Source: Monocercomonoides exilis PA203 (lineage: Eukaryota > Protista > Preaxostyla). From it: DNA of 64,000 bases. This document shows, piece by piece, positions 34,401-48,697 of the stretch (position 1 is its first letter; the number at the start of each line of letters is the position of its first letter). The notes beneath the pieces are model-generated. The model was not told the origin of the DNA. It did no database searches and saw nothing but the letters and a program-made list of their open reading frames with translations. The DNA lies in NCBI GenBank assembly GCA_001643675.2, contig LSRY02000064.1:186001-250000 (forward strand), in the 5' to 3' direction. The translations under genes and the position numbers were made by a program.

Positions 34401-36527
34401 AGGAAGAAGATATGTTTTTTGAGAATGATCAGGATGAGTTGAATGCGGAAAACAATTTGAAGAAAGACGAGAAAAAGGAAAAGAGAGGACGAAGCAGAGG
34501 CAAGAGCAATGGAATATATGTAAAAACAGAGAGCAGAGAGAGTGGCAATGGCTGGATGAAGCGAATTCAAAAAAGATTTATATTCATTCAACTGATAAGG
34601 AAGTGAAAGAGAAGAAACAAAAACTTCGCAAGTTAAAACAAGACACAGAAGAGAGAAGACTCAGCAAATGAGCGGAATGAGAAAGTATTTATTGAGTGCA
34701 CTCTGAGAAAGAAAAGAGAATAACGAACGATATTTTAATGTGTTGAAAGGGATGGAAAGGGAGTAGAGGGAGAAGATGGAGAAGAGGGAGAAGTTTAATT
34801 GGATAATCGTTTCAAATGTGATTAAGCAAATATTTGTTTGGGAAAAAGTGTTTCATGATGAATAGAGAAAGTTAAAGAGAGGAAAGAAGGAGTTGAACAT
34901 TTGACAGCGAATGGCACTATCCGTATAAAATTTAATTAGAAATATTGAAAAGAAGATATTTTAGGAGTGGTGAATGAAATAATTGTGATTTTCAATGACT
35001 GAAAAAGATAGTATTAATCGTTTCGCTTCAATTTCACGTCATCTGAACTTCAACACGTTCTCCAATCGTTTCTTCCTCTTCTTTTTCGACTTTATCTAAA
35101 CTCCATTCTTTTATTTGGTTATCACACACATTAATCCACTGACAAATCTGCTCACTCAAAAATCCCTGCCTTATGATCTGCACCTTCTTCAGAAGACCCA
35201 TCGCATTGTGTGTCCTCTTGAAGGGAGTCTTTTCCAACTCGCAATTCACTTCCTTGATGCCAAGATGCTCATTCACATATGCATTGCCAACTGTATTCTC
35301 GTTGAGAAATATAAATAAATCGACATTCCAGTTGCTTCTATCGCTCCCAAATATGGCATTGTCTTTTGGAGAGAGGCTTCTCATGAAAGTGAACAAGGGC
35401 TCTTTCACAGAAGCGACAAATGATTCACATACAAAATACACATCTCTTCCAACACAGGCCTTGTTGGCTGAAAACACGATTTTGGTGATGGAAAAGGAGG
35501 ATTCTGATACTTGTGAGCCTTGGTTGAACTCGATCATGAGAGCTCCGCCTCTTCCTCCAGAACTTGTATCCTCGCTCACAGAGCAGCTGGAGAAGGTTGC
35601 GTCACTCACCGAAAATGTGTTTGCAGATACAGATGAGGCGAATGAGATGCACCCGCCATTGGTGGGAGTCTGTTGGTTTTGTGGAGCTGAACGGATGTTG
35701 GTGATGGTGAAATTGGTGAGGGAGAGGGAGAGGGCAAGGGAGGTGGCAGAGGAGAGGACACAGCTGGCGGGGGTGGATGTGGAGGTGATGTGAGTGATGT
35801 TGGAGGAGTTGTGGATGAGGGGAGCGATGAGGGAGGCGAGGTGGAAGAAGAAAAAGATGATTGAAAGGCTCATGCTGTTGAGTGAAGTGAATTCTGATGG
35901 TCTGAGAAGTGATTGAAGATTAATAATAAACAGAAATGAGAAAGAAATTATTTTGAAGAGTAAAAAAGAAGAACGAAAAGGAGCTGTTGATGGAAAAGGA
36001 AGCAAGGCAGATTTCTAATCGAAAGAATGGAGAAAGATAAATGAAATATATGTTAATTGTCCACGTTGCCTGTTGTCTCCCAAACATTTCATACATCGTT
36101 TTCTGATACGGTTTAGCTGCACAATTGGATTGAAAACTTAGTGATGAAGTTTCAACTGAAGAAATAAAAAAAAACCGCTTTTATTTTTTTTTGAAAAAAT
36201 ATAAATCTTTATTTAAATGCATCTTTAAAAGTTTTTCAAAATTTTTTTATATGCTTTGTATTATATATTTAAATTCTTTTATTTTATCTTTTTGATGAGT
36301 TGTGTTGGTTTAACTTTATTAATTTTTGGTTTATTTTTACAAAACTTGATCAAAAAATCCTTTTTCACCAAAAACATTAAAAAGGTTTGTATTTTTTGTT
36401 TTTATAAATAAAACTAATATATATAACAGAAATAAAAGCTAAATACTTGAAATAAATCTATTTAAATCTTTGATCAATTAATACCTCTATCGATTTTATT
36501 TTTCTGTTTTTGATCTTTTTTTTGATA
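31401..36527. mobile_element. Unit A: non-autonomous TGGG...CCCA-type element carrying gene fragments; right end interrupted by Tc1
   Basis: Left end TA|TGGGAGATTTTTTTTGAAATCATAAAAAA. Positions 36335-36527 match the subterminal region 60420-60612 of unit B and stop at the TA inside the TIR (gaTA|CAGT). Confidence 0.75.
35034..35875 (-). pseudogene. Captured fragment of a Pmp/adhesin-like surface protein
   Basis: TNGGCISF, FSSCSVS...GGRGGALMI, FSANKACVGRDVYF, FGSD...VDLFIFL. The sequence decays downstream. Confidence 0.7.
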
Positions 36528-38380
36528 CAGTCTGTCCCAAAAAAATGTTGATCTGTCCTTTTTTTATGTTGAGCATCCCGCAATAAATAAAAAATAAATT
36601 TCCCACATTCGCCTTTCGTCATAATTAACATTTTCACAACATGGAAAATATTCAATTATTGGATGCTCGAACGGTCGAAAAGAGAAAGAAAATAATAGAA
36701 TCTGTTCCAAGCGTTTCAGAGTTTAGAGTTAGTGCAGTTTCTTTACCTGCTGTTCATCCTTTGGAAGAACGCATTCATCAAACTATAAAAATGAGAGCAG
36801 CAATGAGAGCAGAGGAAGAAAGAAGAAAGAAAATTGAAGATCTGAGAAATGTTGGAATTCAGGAGAATCAAAAAATGAAAAATCCTTATACAAATGCAAC
36901 TGATGCGAAAAGAATGAAATTATCTAATCTTTTTCAAATCCATGGTCAGGAGAAGAGCGAAACATGGTACGCGAATGAGTGCACATTAACAACAATTACT
37001 ACAGCTAGGTACTTATCGAAATTAAAGGCGGGAATAGACATTACACTCCCACGACATCAAAAAGGCAGAAAGAAAAAGGTCGAAAACGAACAATATCAAT
37101 CAGTTGTTCGCGAAAAAATGAAGCAGAATCCTTTAAACACAGTGAGGAAAATAGCATCAGAATTGTCAAATCATGGAAGCCCGATTGGAAAATCAACTAT
37201 TAACCGTATTCAAACAGAAAATAATAAAGAGACCCAAAAATATCCAATCTTTTCCTTCAAAAGAATAACAAAGAGAGAAGCAGCGGCAAATACTGAAGAA
37301 AACAAAATACTCCGAATTAAATTTATTGAAAAACTTAACAATTATCAAATGGATGGTGTGATGGTGTTTTATATAGATGAAACTTCCTGGAATATAGAGT
37401 GCATAAGAAAATATGGATGGTCCCCAGTTGGAGAAAAAGTTCTTATTCCTCCTCCGCCCGTTCATCAGTCCCTAACTGCAATCACATCCATATCCCAATC
37501 AGGAATGGGATATTCAGAAGTTGTCAGGGGGTCAATTAATCATGAAGTCTTTGAGGCATACATCAAAAGATTTTTGCTATCAATTAAAGTCCATGGATCA
37601 TCGGTAATTGTGATGGACAACGCTTCAATTCATCATCTTAACACAGACGCAATTATTACGGAAGCCGGCCATCATGTACTATACAATGCAGCTTATTCAC
37701 CAATACTAAATCCAATAGAAAACGTTTTTGGTTTTTGGAAAAAAAGAGCTGAAGAAAGCTCTTTCATCTGGAAAGGAGAAAATCATTTTATTGCCGTGCT
37801 TGTTGAGACCTTCAAAGATATTACGGCAAGAGAAGTGCGAAGAACAATAGCAAATGTTGAGAATGAAATTTGGCCACTGGTTTTGGAAAAGAAAGACCTT
37901 TAACCTTTTCGTTACACTTATTTATTCATACTTCATTTATGTCCGATTGAATGATTTAATTTGAGTTTATATTTGTTGTTTTAATATCTCAAATCATTTA
38001 GTTTATATTCCTTTTATTTTAATCAACGATCTTTATCAATAATAAAGTAAATCGGATTGTTGGTTCTTTATAATCTCATTTTTTTACAAAAGGAAGTGAA
38101 AAATACATAAACATTCACATATAATAATGTCATAAAAGGCTATTAACCAAAAAGAATAAAAATTATGAACAGTTTATTCAAAAGAAAATTATAAATAGTT
38201 TTGAAAAATGTTTTTTAAAACAAAGATTCAAATTCACATTCAGTTATATAATATTTGCACAGTTTTCATTTTTTCATGAGATTTCCATCTGCTTGATTCA
38301 TTATTTGTGAATAATATATCAAAAGGTTTTCCTGAATTAACATTTTGTAAGATTGAAATTTTCATTCAATTAAATCAAAA
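36528..38380 (+). mobile_element. IS630/Tc1-like element; left TIR present, right TIR not found
   Basis: TA|CAGTCTGTCCCAAAAAAATGTTGATC is a typical CAGT Tc1 start. No reverse-complement copy was seen before unit B begins. Confidence 0.75.
36641..37903 (+). CDS. IS630/Tc1-family DDE_3 transposase (DD33E)
   Basis: HTH region (TVRKIASEL...IGKSTINRI), FYIDETSW, YGWSPVG, IVMDNASIHH, YSPILNPIENVFG. There are 33 residues between D2 and E. Confidence 0.93.
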   Translation: MENIQLLDARTVEKRKKIIESVPSVSEFRVSAVSLPAVHPLEERIHQTIKMRAAMRAEEERRKKIEDLRNVGIQENQKMKNPYTNATDAKRMKLSNLFQIHGQEKSETWYANECTLTTITTARYLSKLKAGIDITLPRHQKGRKKKVENEQYQSVVREKMKQNPLNTVRKIASELSNHGSPIGKSTINRIQTENNKETQKYPIFSFKRITKREAAANTEENKILRIKFIEKLNNYQMDGVMVFYIDETSWNIECIRKYGWSPVGEKVLIPPPPVHQSLTAITSISQSGMGYSEVVRGSINHEVFEAYIKRFLLSIKVHGSSVIVMDNASIHHLNTDAIITEAGHHVLYNAAYSPILNPIENVFGFWKKRAEESSFIWKGENHFIAVLVETFKDITAREVRRTIANVENEIWPLVLEKKDL

Positions 38381-39989
38381 TATGGGTGATTTTTTTTGAT
38401 ATCATAAAAAATAACGAAGTTTGATCATTAAAAATTTTCATAAAGGGTGAGGTTGTAAAGATTAATTTTATTTGAAATTGCATGAAAATATAGATCAATA
38501 TATTATAATTATTTATTATTTGTTGATTTTAATTAGTTTCCAATTGTTTTTTTTTTCAAATATCGAGAAATAAAAATAATTTCAAAAAAAAAATCGAAAA
38601 TTCGATTAACCTAATAAAACATAAAAACAATAATAACAATACGTAATCAATCAATTTTTTATATAAAAATTAATTTTATGATGTTATTGCAAAGAAATTT
38701 TTAATTCAATTTTGAAGATCATAAAACATTTGTTGAATTTTATCAATTCACATTAACACTTACGCAAAAATATAATAGTAACATAAGACTCTCATCAAGT
38801 AATCAACTGTTTGCTGATAAATTTGTTTGTAAACAAGTAATCTTAGAAATATTTAATTATTATCTAAATATCAAACAAAGTTTAAGATAAGTGAAGAAAA
38901 TATTAATAAATGAAAAGAAACTCGTCAATTTTTGCTTTTTCCACGTAAAAAGCTTTTATCGCACGAACATCTTCATTTTATCTTCCTCTCTTCGTTTCTC
39001 CTCTGATTCTCTCTATCTCCTTCTCATCAATTATATGTCATCCAGTTATCTGCCTCCTTAGATGCTCTGTTTTTGTCTGCCTGTTCGTTTTGAAAACAGA
39101 TTGGTTAAAAACCAGTTTCACATGAAAGGATATGAACAACAAAATGGTGCATGAACATAAAGCGCTGAACCACAGTTCCAGTATCTTTGTCGTTCCACTT
39201 TCTCTGTATCACTTCTGCATCCCATTCCGTGAAACTCGTATACCTCTGATCGCTTTCCCATTGCTCGCTGGCTCTGCTCTCGTTGTCATTAGCCCATCCG
39301 CCCTGGCTGGCAAGGCTGCCTTGAGGTAACTTCCATAGACATCAGAAAAGTCTTCGCTTTGGACTCTGCCTGAATCACCTTTCACCGCGCTCACCAGATA
39401 TTCGTTAACCAGCACACTGGCTTCTCTTTCCATCAGTGTGGCTCCCCGCTTTCCTCCGCGCTTCTCTCTCCACAGTCGTACACCACATCTCCCCTTCCAT
39501 CGACAACATCCTCTGGATCAAATGCTCCTCCTTCTTCGAAGCCCTAACCTCCCTTGCAGACATCCGATCCGAGTTCGTACAAAAGAGTCTTTTTCTTGTT
39601 CTTTTAAACATTATCAGTTGGCTACAGACGTATTTCTCAATGGCTGAATCATCCTTAAAGTTATTCCTCCCTCTATTTCTCCCTTCGCATCCCTCCTCTT
39701 TTCCCTTTCTTTCCATCCTTTCCTTTTTCTTTCTCTCCTTTTCTTTCATCCTCCTTGCCCAGATCTCATCCTCTCTGACTTGCAGTCCTTTTATTTCTTT
39801 CTCAGTTAACCTCAACTCCGGAGGGCGTTTCAGTATGAGGCCAAAATCACTTCTTCTTCATAGCACACAAGCTTTTTCATATGCCATCCATCAACAGGAA
39901 GCAACAGCACGCTGCCTTCCATTATGCTTCTCCGCCCACACATCTCAGCACATCCGACCCAGTGGTGGAGAAGAGAAGGAAGTGTGAAA

Positions 39990-42900
39990 TGGAGCGAGCA
40001 CTGTTTTTCTTGAAGAACAGAAGAAGAAGAGGAAGATGAAGAAAACGAAGAAGAAGAAGAATATATAACTGAGTCTGAATGTGGAGACGATGTCGAAATA
40101 GTCAGTCGAGTCTTTTCTGAAGAGGATGAAGATGATTTTCCATCTGGTTTTGAAAATGCTTTTAGATGAGAAGCAATGATACCATTTGGCGGATTTTCTG
40201 CATCATCTTCGTTTTCCTCGTGTGCGGTTTCAGGAGAACTGTGAGTTGTTGCATTTTTGGCTTCATTTTCTCTTTTTTTCTTTTCTTTAACATTTCCTTT
40301 CTCAGATTTCTTTTTGGAAGAAATAGAATAAGAGAGCAGACTTGAAGATGGAGAAGAGGACAATGAAGATGCAGAGGAAGAGGAAGAAGCAATGGAAGAA
40401 GATAACATCAAAGAAGAAGGTGATACAGACGAGTTCCTCTTCTGACTTGCTTCCGGCTTCTTCTGCCTTTTGATTTCAGATGCATTTTGCGAGAGAGATG
40501 AGAGTAGATATGTAATAGAGATCGGTTTGAGGGTGTGGCTGCATGCTTCTTGTGTATCCTTGAACGTGGTTAGCTGCAATAAAGAAATTGTTTGATGACA
40601 GATGTATTTTGAGAGGCTGAAGAAGAAGTTGAAATAGAAGAAGTTGAAGAAGAAGGTGATGATGATGATGCAGTTGGTACAGCTGTTGAATGAAGAGATA
40701 TGGCCGATACTGATGATCTGGGTTTTGAATGAGATGACTTTGAGGAATGAGTTTGTAAAAAATGCAAAGAAGAGGAAAAAGAAGAAGCAGGAGCAGATGT
40801 GCTTGGAAATGGCAAATAAGGCTGCGAAACTTCAACTTCACTTCTATTAGGAAAAAAAAAACGAAACATAAAGACCTCTCAAATTTATTATTGAATAACG
40901 CCTTCACATTTTCACTTTGCGTTTTCTCCGAATGTTTTCGTTCTTTTGAAATACAACTCTCTTCTTCATCTTCTTCTTTTGATGTTCTTTTGAAGGAGAC
41001 AAGTTTTCTGAAATTTTATCTTCTCCTTTTTCTATAGATAGAAATGTGATTTTATTCTGAATGACATCTGCAAAGCTTCCATATTGAACAACTTGCCAGA
41101 AAAAATTATTGATCTTTTCGAATCGACAGCGCCTTCATTATCCAAACAACTGGAGGCGATTCGAAATGCTCCTTCATCAACATATTCCTCTTGTTCGCTT
41201 CGCTTTTGAAGTTCGATTCACTTCTTTCAATCTTCATCTTTTTCAGATACGAAACAAATACCTCTTTCTTCTTCTCAGCCTGCTCCAGCGCATTCTTCTG
41301 CTAGTCTTCGAGCTTTTCACGTTTTTTCTCAAAGTACTCATTCTCTTCCTCCAGCTGCTCCTTTGACTCCTTCTCTGCCTCTTTCTTCTGCATCTTCTCT
41401 ATCTTCCACTGCGTCGCTTTCTCTTCCTCAATTCTATCGATGCGGCTTGGAATGGCTGACAATTTTGGCTCAGGAAAGCACAGTGACGAAGTAGGAACGG
41501 ACACTGTGAGGCAGAAGAAAGCGAAGATGGAAGAGAGGAAGAAGGAACAGGATGCCACATTTGATTGGTGGGAGATGGGGTGCTGGTGGAAGAAGGAGGT
41601 AAAGAGCATATTGAAAGAGGAGGCGAAAGTGATGATGGTGAAGAAGGCAAAGCATTGACAATCTGATTGTTATCAGATGAAATTGGTGTGGATGACGAAG
41701 AAGGAGATGATGAAGATAAGGAAGAAGAAAAGAATGATGCTGATGTAGTTGGCTGAGGAGTTGACTGAAGAGTTTGATTCGGTTCAATTGACATTGTGAT
41801 AATTGCATTTTGCTGGTTAAAAGGCAAGTTTTTCATTCTTTCTGCTTCTCTTTCTCTTTCTTCTCTCAGCTTCCTTTCTTTTATTCGCCTCAATCTTTCG
41901 TCAAATTTCATTCTCGCCTTCGTTTATTGCTCCTTTCTCTCCTTCTTCCTTTCGTTCTCCCCCTCTTCTACTCCTCTCATCACATCCACATCTTTCACTT
42001 CCTCCTCAAACAACTTGTCATCTAAAAGCGCAATGTTACAAACAATTATCAGAGTCTGCATCCTTTCGCTTATCAGCGACGAATTCAGTGAAAGAAAATC
42101 TGTATTCTTTTTCTTCTCTTTCCTCCTCTTCATCCCTACAAATGAAGCATGAATGCTGCTTCGTGGATCCTTTGCGTATTTGTTGGAACTTTGTGGAGGG
42201 ATCAATAAAGAAATCTGAGGGATAGACAAAGCAGAGGATGATGATTGAGAAACAGATGGGGTCAAAGCTTTGTTAGCAGTTGTATTCTTTGACATAAAGA
42301 AATCATCATCTTCTTCTTGAAGCAGAACCATGTCATCCTTGCTGCATTTCTTCCTTTTCGCGGTCATTTTGGATTCATCCTTTGGATCGCGGAAAAACGT
42401 CTTACTGCTCCGAGAAGAGGAAGAAGATGTTGAAGATGAAGAAGAAGAAGATGATGAAGATGAAGCAACTGAATATGTGTCACGAGCATGCCTGTCTTTC
42501 AACGAAGCTGATTTCGACACTTCAGACTCACTTCCGTTCAAAACACTCTGCTCGCTTTTCCTTCTCTCTTCTTCCTCTTTGTCTTCGACAATAAATTGCC
42601 CCTTTCCTCTTTTGTTTTTCCTCATTGCATTCTCCCCTACAGCTTCTGCTTCCTGCTTTTTGACAATTGAACATTTAAATTCTTCCTCTGCCACAACTTT
42701 TCCAGCCGGCTTCCATTCTTTGAAGGACAAATAACAACAGATGTTTTGCTTCCAACAAATGACTTCAAATGGATCATTCTATCAACTTTTCTATTTGAAG
42801 TTCCATCTTTCTCTATCTTTTAATATTTCTCATGTTCAATTCTTTTTCCTCTTTTTCTTCCTCTTTCATTCATTTTTCATTCTCGTTCATATTCTTCATT

Positions 42901-44900
42901 TTCTTCCTGTTGACCTCTTTTTCTTTTCTTCCCAGCATCTGCCTGAAGAACTCCACCTCAAACAAAAGGGCATCGGCATAACAGAAGAACGATGGATGGA
43001 AAAGCGGTGTTAACGAAGGAGAAGAACACATCAGAGTGAATAGGTGAGTGTGTGGGTGTGTTATAAAAAGAAGGTGCGCGTTTTGATGAGTGAGGGAGTT
43101 GAGAAAGAGGCAGCAAAGACAAGGGTGGAGTCGAGAGATGGAAAGCAGAGAGGAAGAAGAGAGAGGATAAGGAATTGTTTGTGTGATTGAACTGAGGCAT
43201 GGCTCACTGCTGTCAAAGGAAGTTTTCACAGAGGCAACTGAAGAAGAAATCGATAAAGATGTTGCTGTTGTGTTTGCAAAAACAGAAGCAGAACTTGACG
43301 ACGATGAAAAGAAAGAAGATGCATTTAAAGTCATTCGAAATGTTGTTGTTTGAGCATCTGCTGCTTGATAAATATGCTTGCTTTTGTGGGAATTCGGATG
43401 ATTCGTGATTGTGGGTACAATCATACCTCCTCTCTCTTCTCTCTCTCTCTCTTTTTTTTTTCCTCTTTCTTTCTTCATAGTTATTCAAGTCCAAAAAATC
43501 ATGCCTGAAACGTCATAGCTCAGTTCATTTTACCTTCCTTCTCCCTTAATACGCGAAGCAGAAACAGAAGAATGGCACACCAGTTAAGAACAAGGTGATG
43601 AATTTTAAGTCAATTCCTTATCTTCCTTTTCATGTTTTGTCATTGACGTTTTATCTTTGTTCTCTGTCAGCCAGCTTCACTCTTTCTGAGATCAGATCCT
43701 CCAGCGACTCAAAGAAGATGTCCATTTCTCTGCCCCACCTCACTCCACAAACATGATTGAATAAAATATCGATGCTGGAGTGAATTAGATATTCTATGAA
43801 GAAATTTGAGATTGTTCTGTTTTAGAAGAAAAAAAGGAAGAAGAGGATGATGAGGAAGAAGAGGAAGAAGAGGAAGAAGAGGAAGAGGAAGAGGAAGAGG
43901 AAGAAGAAGAGGAAGAAGAAGAGGAAGAGGAAGAGGAAGAGGAAGAGGAAGAGGAAGAGGAAGAGGAAGAGGAAGAGGAAGAGGAAGAGGAAGAGGAAGA
44001 GGAAGAGGAAGAAGAAGAAGAAGAAGATTGATCAATAGAAGAAGGAATCCAAATAGAAGATTGATACAATGAAGAAGAAGAAGAAGAAGATGATGATGAC
44101 GAAGATAAAGGTGAAGTCGAAGAAGAAGGTGGAGAAGAAAAAAGTTGGAGGAAGGGTCAAAATATGATGCAGAAGAAGATTGTATTGCTTGTTTTGAGGT
44201 TGATGGTGATAAATCAGATGACAAAGACGACGAAGATGAAGAAAATGAAAAAGAAGGAGAAGGAGTGTTGTGTGCAGAATGTGTCTGTCGGAGAAACAGA
44301 AGCTTTTGGGTTGCATTTCTTCGAATGAGAATGTTCTCATTGGCTTATTTTGGAATTCATAAAAAGATGAAGATAAGCTGAAGGAATTAAATAGCAATGG
44401 AAAGAGAAAGAAGAAGAAGAAGGTGAAGAAGACGAAGATAAAGCAGCAGAAGGCGAAGACGACGAAGAGAGTGAAGAAGAAGAAAGTGAAGAATAGGAAG
44501 AAGAGATAGAAGAGGAAGCAGAAGATTATGAAAGCTATGAAGGTGGAGCAATTGATAATTGTGAAACGAATTTAATCCTTTTTCAAAGATGTTGATAATG
44601 ACTTGAGGAATATCGATTGATTAAAATAATTCATTCGCTGAGTTGATTTCAGATGATATAAACAATATTCATCACAAAATATGTGAAAGAGAGAGAGATA
44701 CAAACAGATGAAGAAATCAGTCCACAAATTATCTACTGCCTTTGAGCGGTTGAACTGCTTTGCACCTCAGAAAAATAAAATTGTGTTTGTCTGTTGGCGT
44801 TCATAATTCAAACGAACGAAACATCTGATAAGCGTATGGGCAAAGAAGAATTCGAAATCGAAGAAGGCGTTGACAATTGATGAAGTTGTCTTCAATGGCA
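39990..44900 (-). pseudogene. Decayed large Ser-rich/coiled-coil host-type gene
   Basis: Chain of - strand ORF pieces with poly-Ser and E/K-rich segments, broken by stops and frameshifts. Confidence 0.55.
43835..44027. repeat. (GAGGAA)n/(GAA)n microsatellite encoding poly-Ser on the - strand
   Basis: Seen directly in the sequence. Confidence 0.95.
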
Positions 44901-47900
44901 ATAATTTCAAATTCAAAAAGAAGAAAATGACGAATTTTATGATTATGTGATTGATGTGTCGATTCTGGCAATGAACATCATTTATTGAAGCGAGACTGTT
45001 GAGAATGATAGCGAAGGTGAAAAAAAATAGAAGATATCAGCTTTTCCAAGTCATATTGAGCAACAGAAAAAACTGAATGTGTTCTAAATGTGAATGCCCA
45101 GTCAGCTCATCATCCCCGACAAAAGAGTCGCAACTGCAAAACATTCCGAACAAAAATGCCAAATAAACTGCTTTTCTCTTTCTTGCATACTCATGTTAAG
45201 CATTGTCAGGCTATGCAGCATGCAAAACAGATGGTAAGAAACGAATGTCATCGTTGAATGCCATCCAAACAAGGATAATCTCAAAACTTCTGAATCCTTT
45301 GAAAAAGGATAAAATGGCTTCTTTCCATGGCATTCCTGTTCATGACCAATCTGTATTCATTCAAAGAATACCATTAAAGAATAATGAGTCAAATAAAAAA
45401 AAGTCAAACCATCTTTTTGGCCTTGAAATATTTTCCCATTTCCAATGGATTGGTGATAATCAGCCCAGCTGGCTTTCTTGTTCTCCAAAATTGCATCTTA
45501 CCACATAAAAAACAGATAACTGGACAACAAATGGCTGACAAAGAACATCATCGAAAGCAGAAAATCCTTTATGAAACCGATAATGATGCAAGTGAAAGAT
45601 TATATTATCCAAATGATAAAGAAATGAGCTCCTTTTCAATGACTTATTCAACGCCATGCCTTTGTTGATAGTTTTCCAAAGGGTTTCACGTAAATGGCAA
45701 TGCGTTTGTTGTTAAGGCCTGCTGAGTGTCTCGCTGTGTTCGCTTCTTCCATTCTTCAAACCCCCAATTCCCTATCCTTTTCCATAAAACAAACCTCCCA
45801 ATTAAAAATAACGCAAAACAAATCCCACTCAAATGATATGTCAATCGCACTGCATTTCCCTCGAAATGAACAAGCGGTTCAATTCAATCTTTCTGAAATT
45901 CAACTCGCTTTTTTTGCATCTTGCTTGAGTTATTTCTCATTCAAAATACAACAGCTGATGTTGTATCATATGTTTTGTTATATATAACCAAGTTCAAATA
46001 TCATGCAACTTCCTCCACTAACTCACTTTTCGCAAACAATATTGGAAAACAGCCACTCGCTCCTCACTCCATAGGCAAAATCCCTGCTCTTCTGAAATGC
46101 TATAACTCGCATGGATGTATCCTTGGTCTTGCATCAAAGCAGCTCAAACATGCTCTGGCTGCAGCAAATAATTTATCAAAAATCTTCACTAATAAAATTA
46201 TAGGTTGGACACCCTTATTAATTAACCAAACAATAAATGAATGCTTTGTTGCCCTTCGTCTTGCCTGTCTTGAGGCAAAAGACAACAAATGACGCAGAGG
46301 AATAAGTTTATGCTTGTGCATATTCTGGTATTTTAATCGATATTTGTTACACTTTTGATGCAGATGTTCCTCCAACATTCAGATAATGAACCAATTTGTT
46401 GCTTCTGTTTGATTTTGCCGAATGCAGCAGGGCAAGCAGCTAATGCTTCAGGGTGTGCTCCGGGCATATTGAATCACTGCTTATGCGATTTTATCTGTTC
46501 TTTTTTTATTATTATGAAAAAAGAAATTATTTATTAACTTTTGAAAGGGGCTTAGGAGATTGAACAATTTGAGGGACCTGGAGCAAAAAGGGAAAAGCGA
46601 AGAAATGGATGGAATACGGGAAGATGTGAGATTTGAAGAGACGGCGCGATTTGTGGGGTGAGTGGTTGGAAAGAAAATGGAGAAAATGGTGGATGGAAAG
46701 GGATTGGGGTTGGGGTTGAGATTTTGGCATTGGAGCCTTTGGGGGTATATTCAAAAGGGCCAAAGGACTTGAGGGACAATGACTTTTTATTTTCGTTCTT
46801 CACTGAGGAAAAGCTACAAGAAAAAGAATTTTGATGAAAAGAAGAACGAATAAGAAAAGGATGAAAGACTTCTGGGGGAATGTTTGCAATGGAACGTAAT
46901 TCTGAATGAAGGCCTTTCAGTGGAATTGGTGTTGATTTGTGTGGCTTGCCTGCTGAAAGGTGTGTTGGAGAAAGAAGGAAAGGGAGGAGACTCAAAAAGA
47001 AGTTGAAATGAGTTTGCTGCGAGAGTCATTTTCACACAACATTCAAGTGTGTCTTATTTTTTTTTTTTCAATTTTATTTTATTTTATTTTTTTTTTTTTG
47101 AAATGTATTTGTATTGAATAGGAAACAGACAGCGAGTGATATTTGAAGGAAGAAGCAGGAAACATCAGATCCGATCAAAAACAACGCAATTAAAGGGGAG
47201 TTGTTAATGGATAAGTTTTGGAGAAAATGATGAAGAGATTGACGAAGTGCAGAGAGATGGAGGAAGTGAGTATGAATGAGCTGGGTTTTTGAGAGAAGAT
47301 TCAAAAGAAGTGGAAGAGATGGGAAAGGATGTGAATTGGAAGAGAGAATATGATGAGAGAAGGGAGAGAATGACTGAACCCTGATGGGGGGATGTTGCAA
47401 GAAGATGAAGAAGAGGAATTTGAAGAAATCAACATTTTCAGTTTCTGAGGGAAAAGAGGAGGCGACCACTCAAGTGCAGTCAATGAACAGTGGATATCCA
47501 ATTCAATTGGTATGCATCAATCTGTTTGTTGAATTTTTTGTGATTATGTTTTTCTTATCAATATGAAGATAACTTATCATATACAATATTTTTACTCAAT
47601 GACAGCATCACATGAAGCCTTTTCATCATTTTCTTCAGAAATATCATTCGATTTATTGTACATTTCTCTTTCACATCATCTCTTTTTCTTCTTCTTCTTC
47701 ATTCAACAAAAATGAAACTTTTCTTCAATTAAACAGAGCTTTCTCCAAGCATCTTAACTTTTTGATAAAATGACTTTTTTTCATCTTTCAACAGAACTGC
47801 TGTTTATTCTTTTTCTCCTTCAACAGTGTACATTGTATTATAATAAATTGCTTGCATTGTTTTAAAACCATGATAGATAATGTCCAATTGTCAGATGAAT

Positions 47901-48090
47901 TGATTATTTAACAAATTACAAAAAGTGATAAAATGTTCATATTGGAGAAAAATGAAAAAAGAAATTAAAATTGGAAAATATGTGAACTTCAAAAAAATAT
48001 TAAAAACAAAAAAACAAATAATGAACGATGTTAGAATAATAACAAATTAATAAAATAAAAATTAGATGAAGAAGATGCAGTTTCAGATGC

Positions 48091-48365
48091 ATTTCTGAAA
48101 GATGAATTATTATTCTTTCATTTTCACTGATATTCCATCTCGGGCTGACACATTTTTGATGCAAATCATCGCGCTGATTGCGATTATTGTCGCTTTTATA
48201 ATTGTCATAAAATGAGAATATGGTTTTTCACTTCATAAAATGCATTGTTCTTTAATCATAATAAATAATATAAAATATATACACACATATTTTTAAGACT
48301 CAATAAAATACAAAAACCAAGAAAAACATTGCATTTTCATGAAATTTTGTCAAATTGAACATCTC
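48091..48365 (-). repeat. 275-bp arm X ending in a Sola-type terminus; inverted copy at 53933-54207
   Basis: Reverse complement of 53933-54207. The first ~53 bp from the GAG terminus equal the left end of the full Sola element. Confidence 0.9.
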
Positions 48366-48697
48366 GATCACAAAAGTGGTCACTAATTTTTCTTCAGATT
48401 TTGCAACAAACAGACATAAAAAGATGTGGGGAAGCGGTTTGTGCGGAAATCTGAGAAAAAATTAGTGACCACTTTTGTGATCGCCAGTCATTTCAATTTT
48501 CAGTTTTATAATAGTTCCGATCGTTCAACGGATCAAATCTGATGAGAACCTTAATAAAAGTGTTTTTCTAATTGACTGGCGATCACAAAAGTGGTCACTA
48601 ATTTTTTCTCAGATTTCCGCACAAACCGCTTCCCCACATCTTTTTATGTCTGTTTGTTGCAAAATCTGAAGAAAAATTAGTGACCACTTTTGTGATC
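48366..48697. repeat. Two inverted copies (48366-48482, 48581-48697) of a 117-bp self-complementary GATC-to-GATC unit U
   Basis: U = GATCACAAAAGTGGTCACTAATTTTT...AAAAATTAGTGACCACTTTTGTGATC. The inner flanks GCCAGTCA/TGACTGGC extend the inverted repeat around an ~82-bp spacer. Confidence 0.93.

Noticed and set aside
45000-47570. Coding-like decayed sequence in unit B
   Set aside because: No frame stays open and I recognised no domain. Left unassigned.
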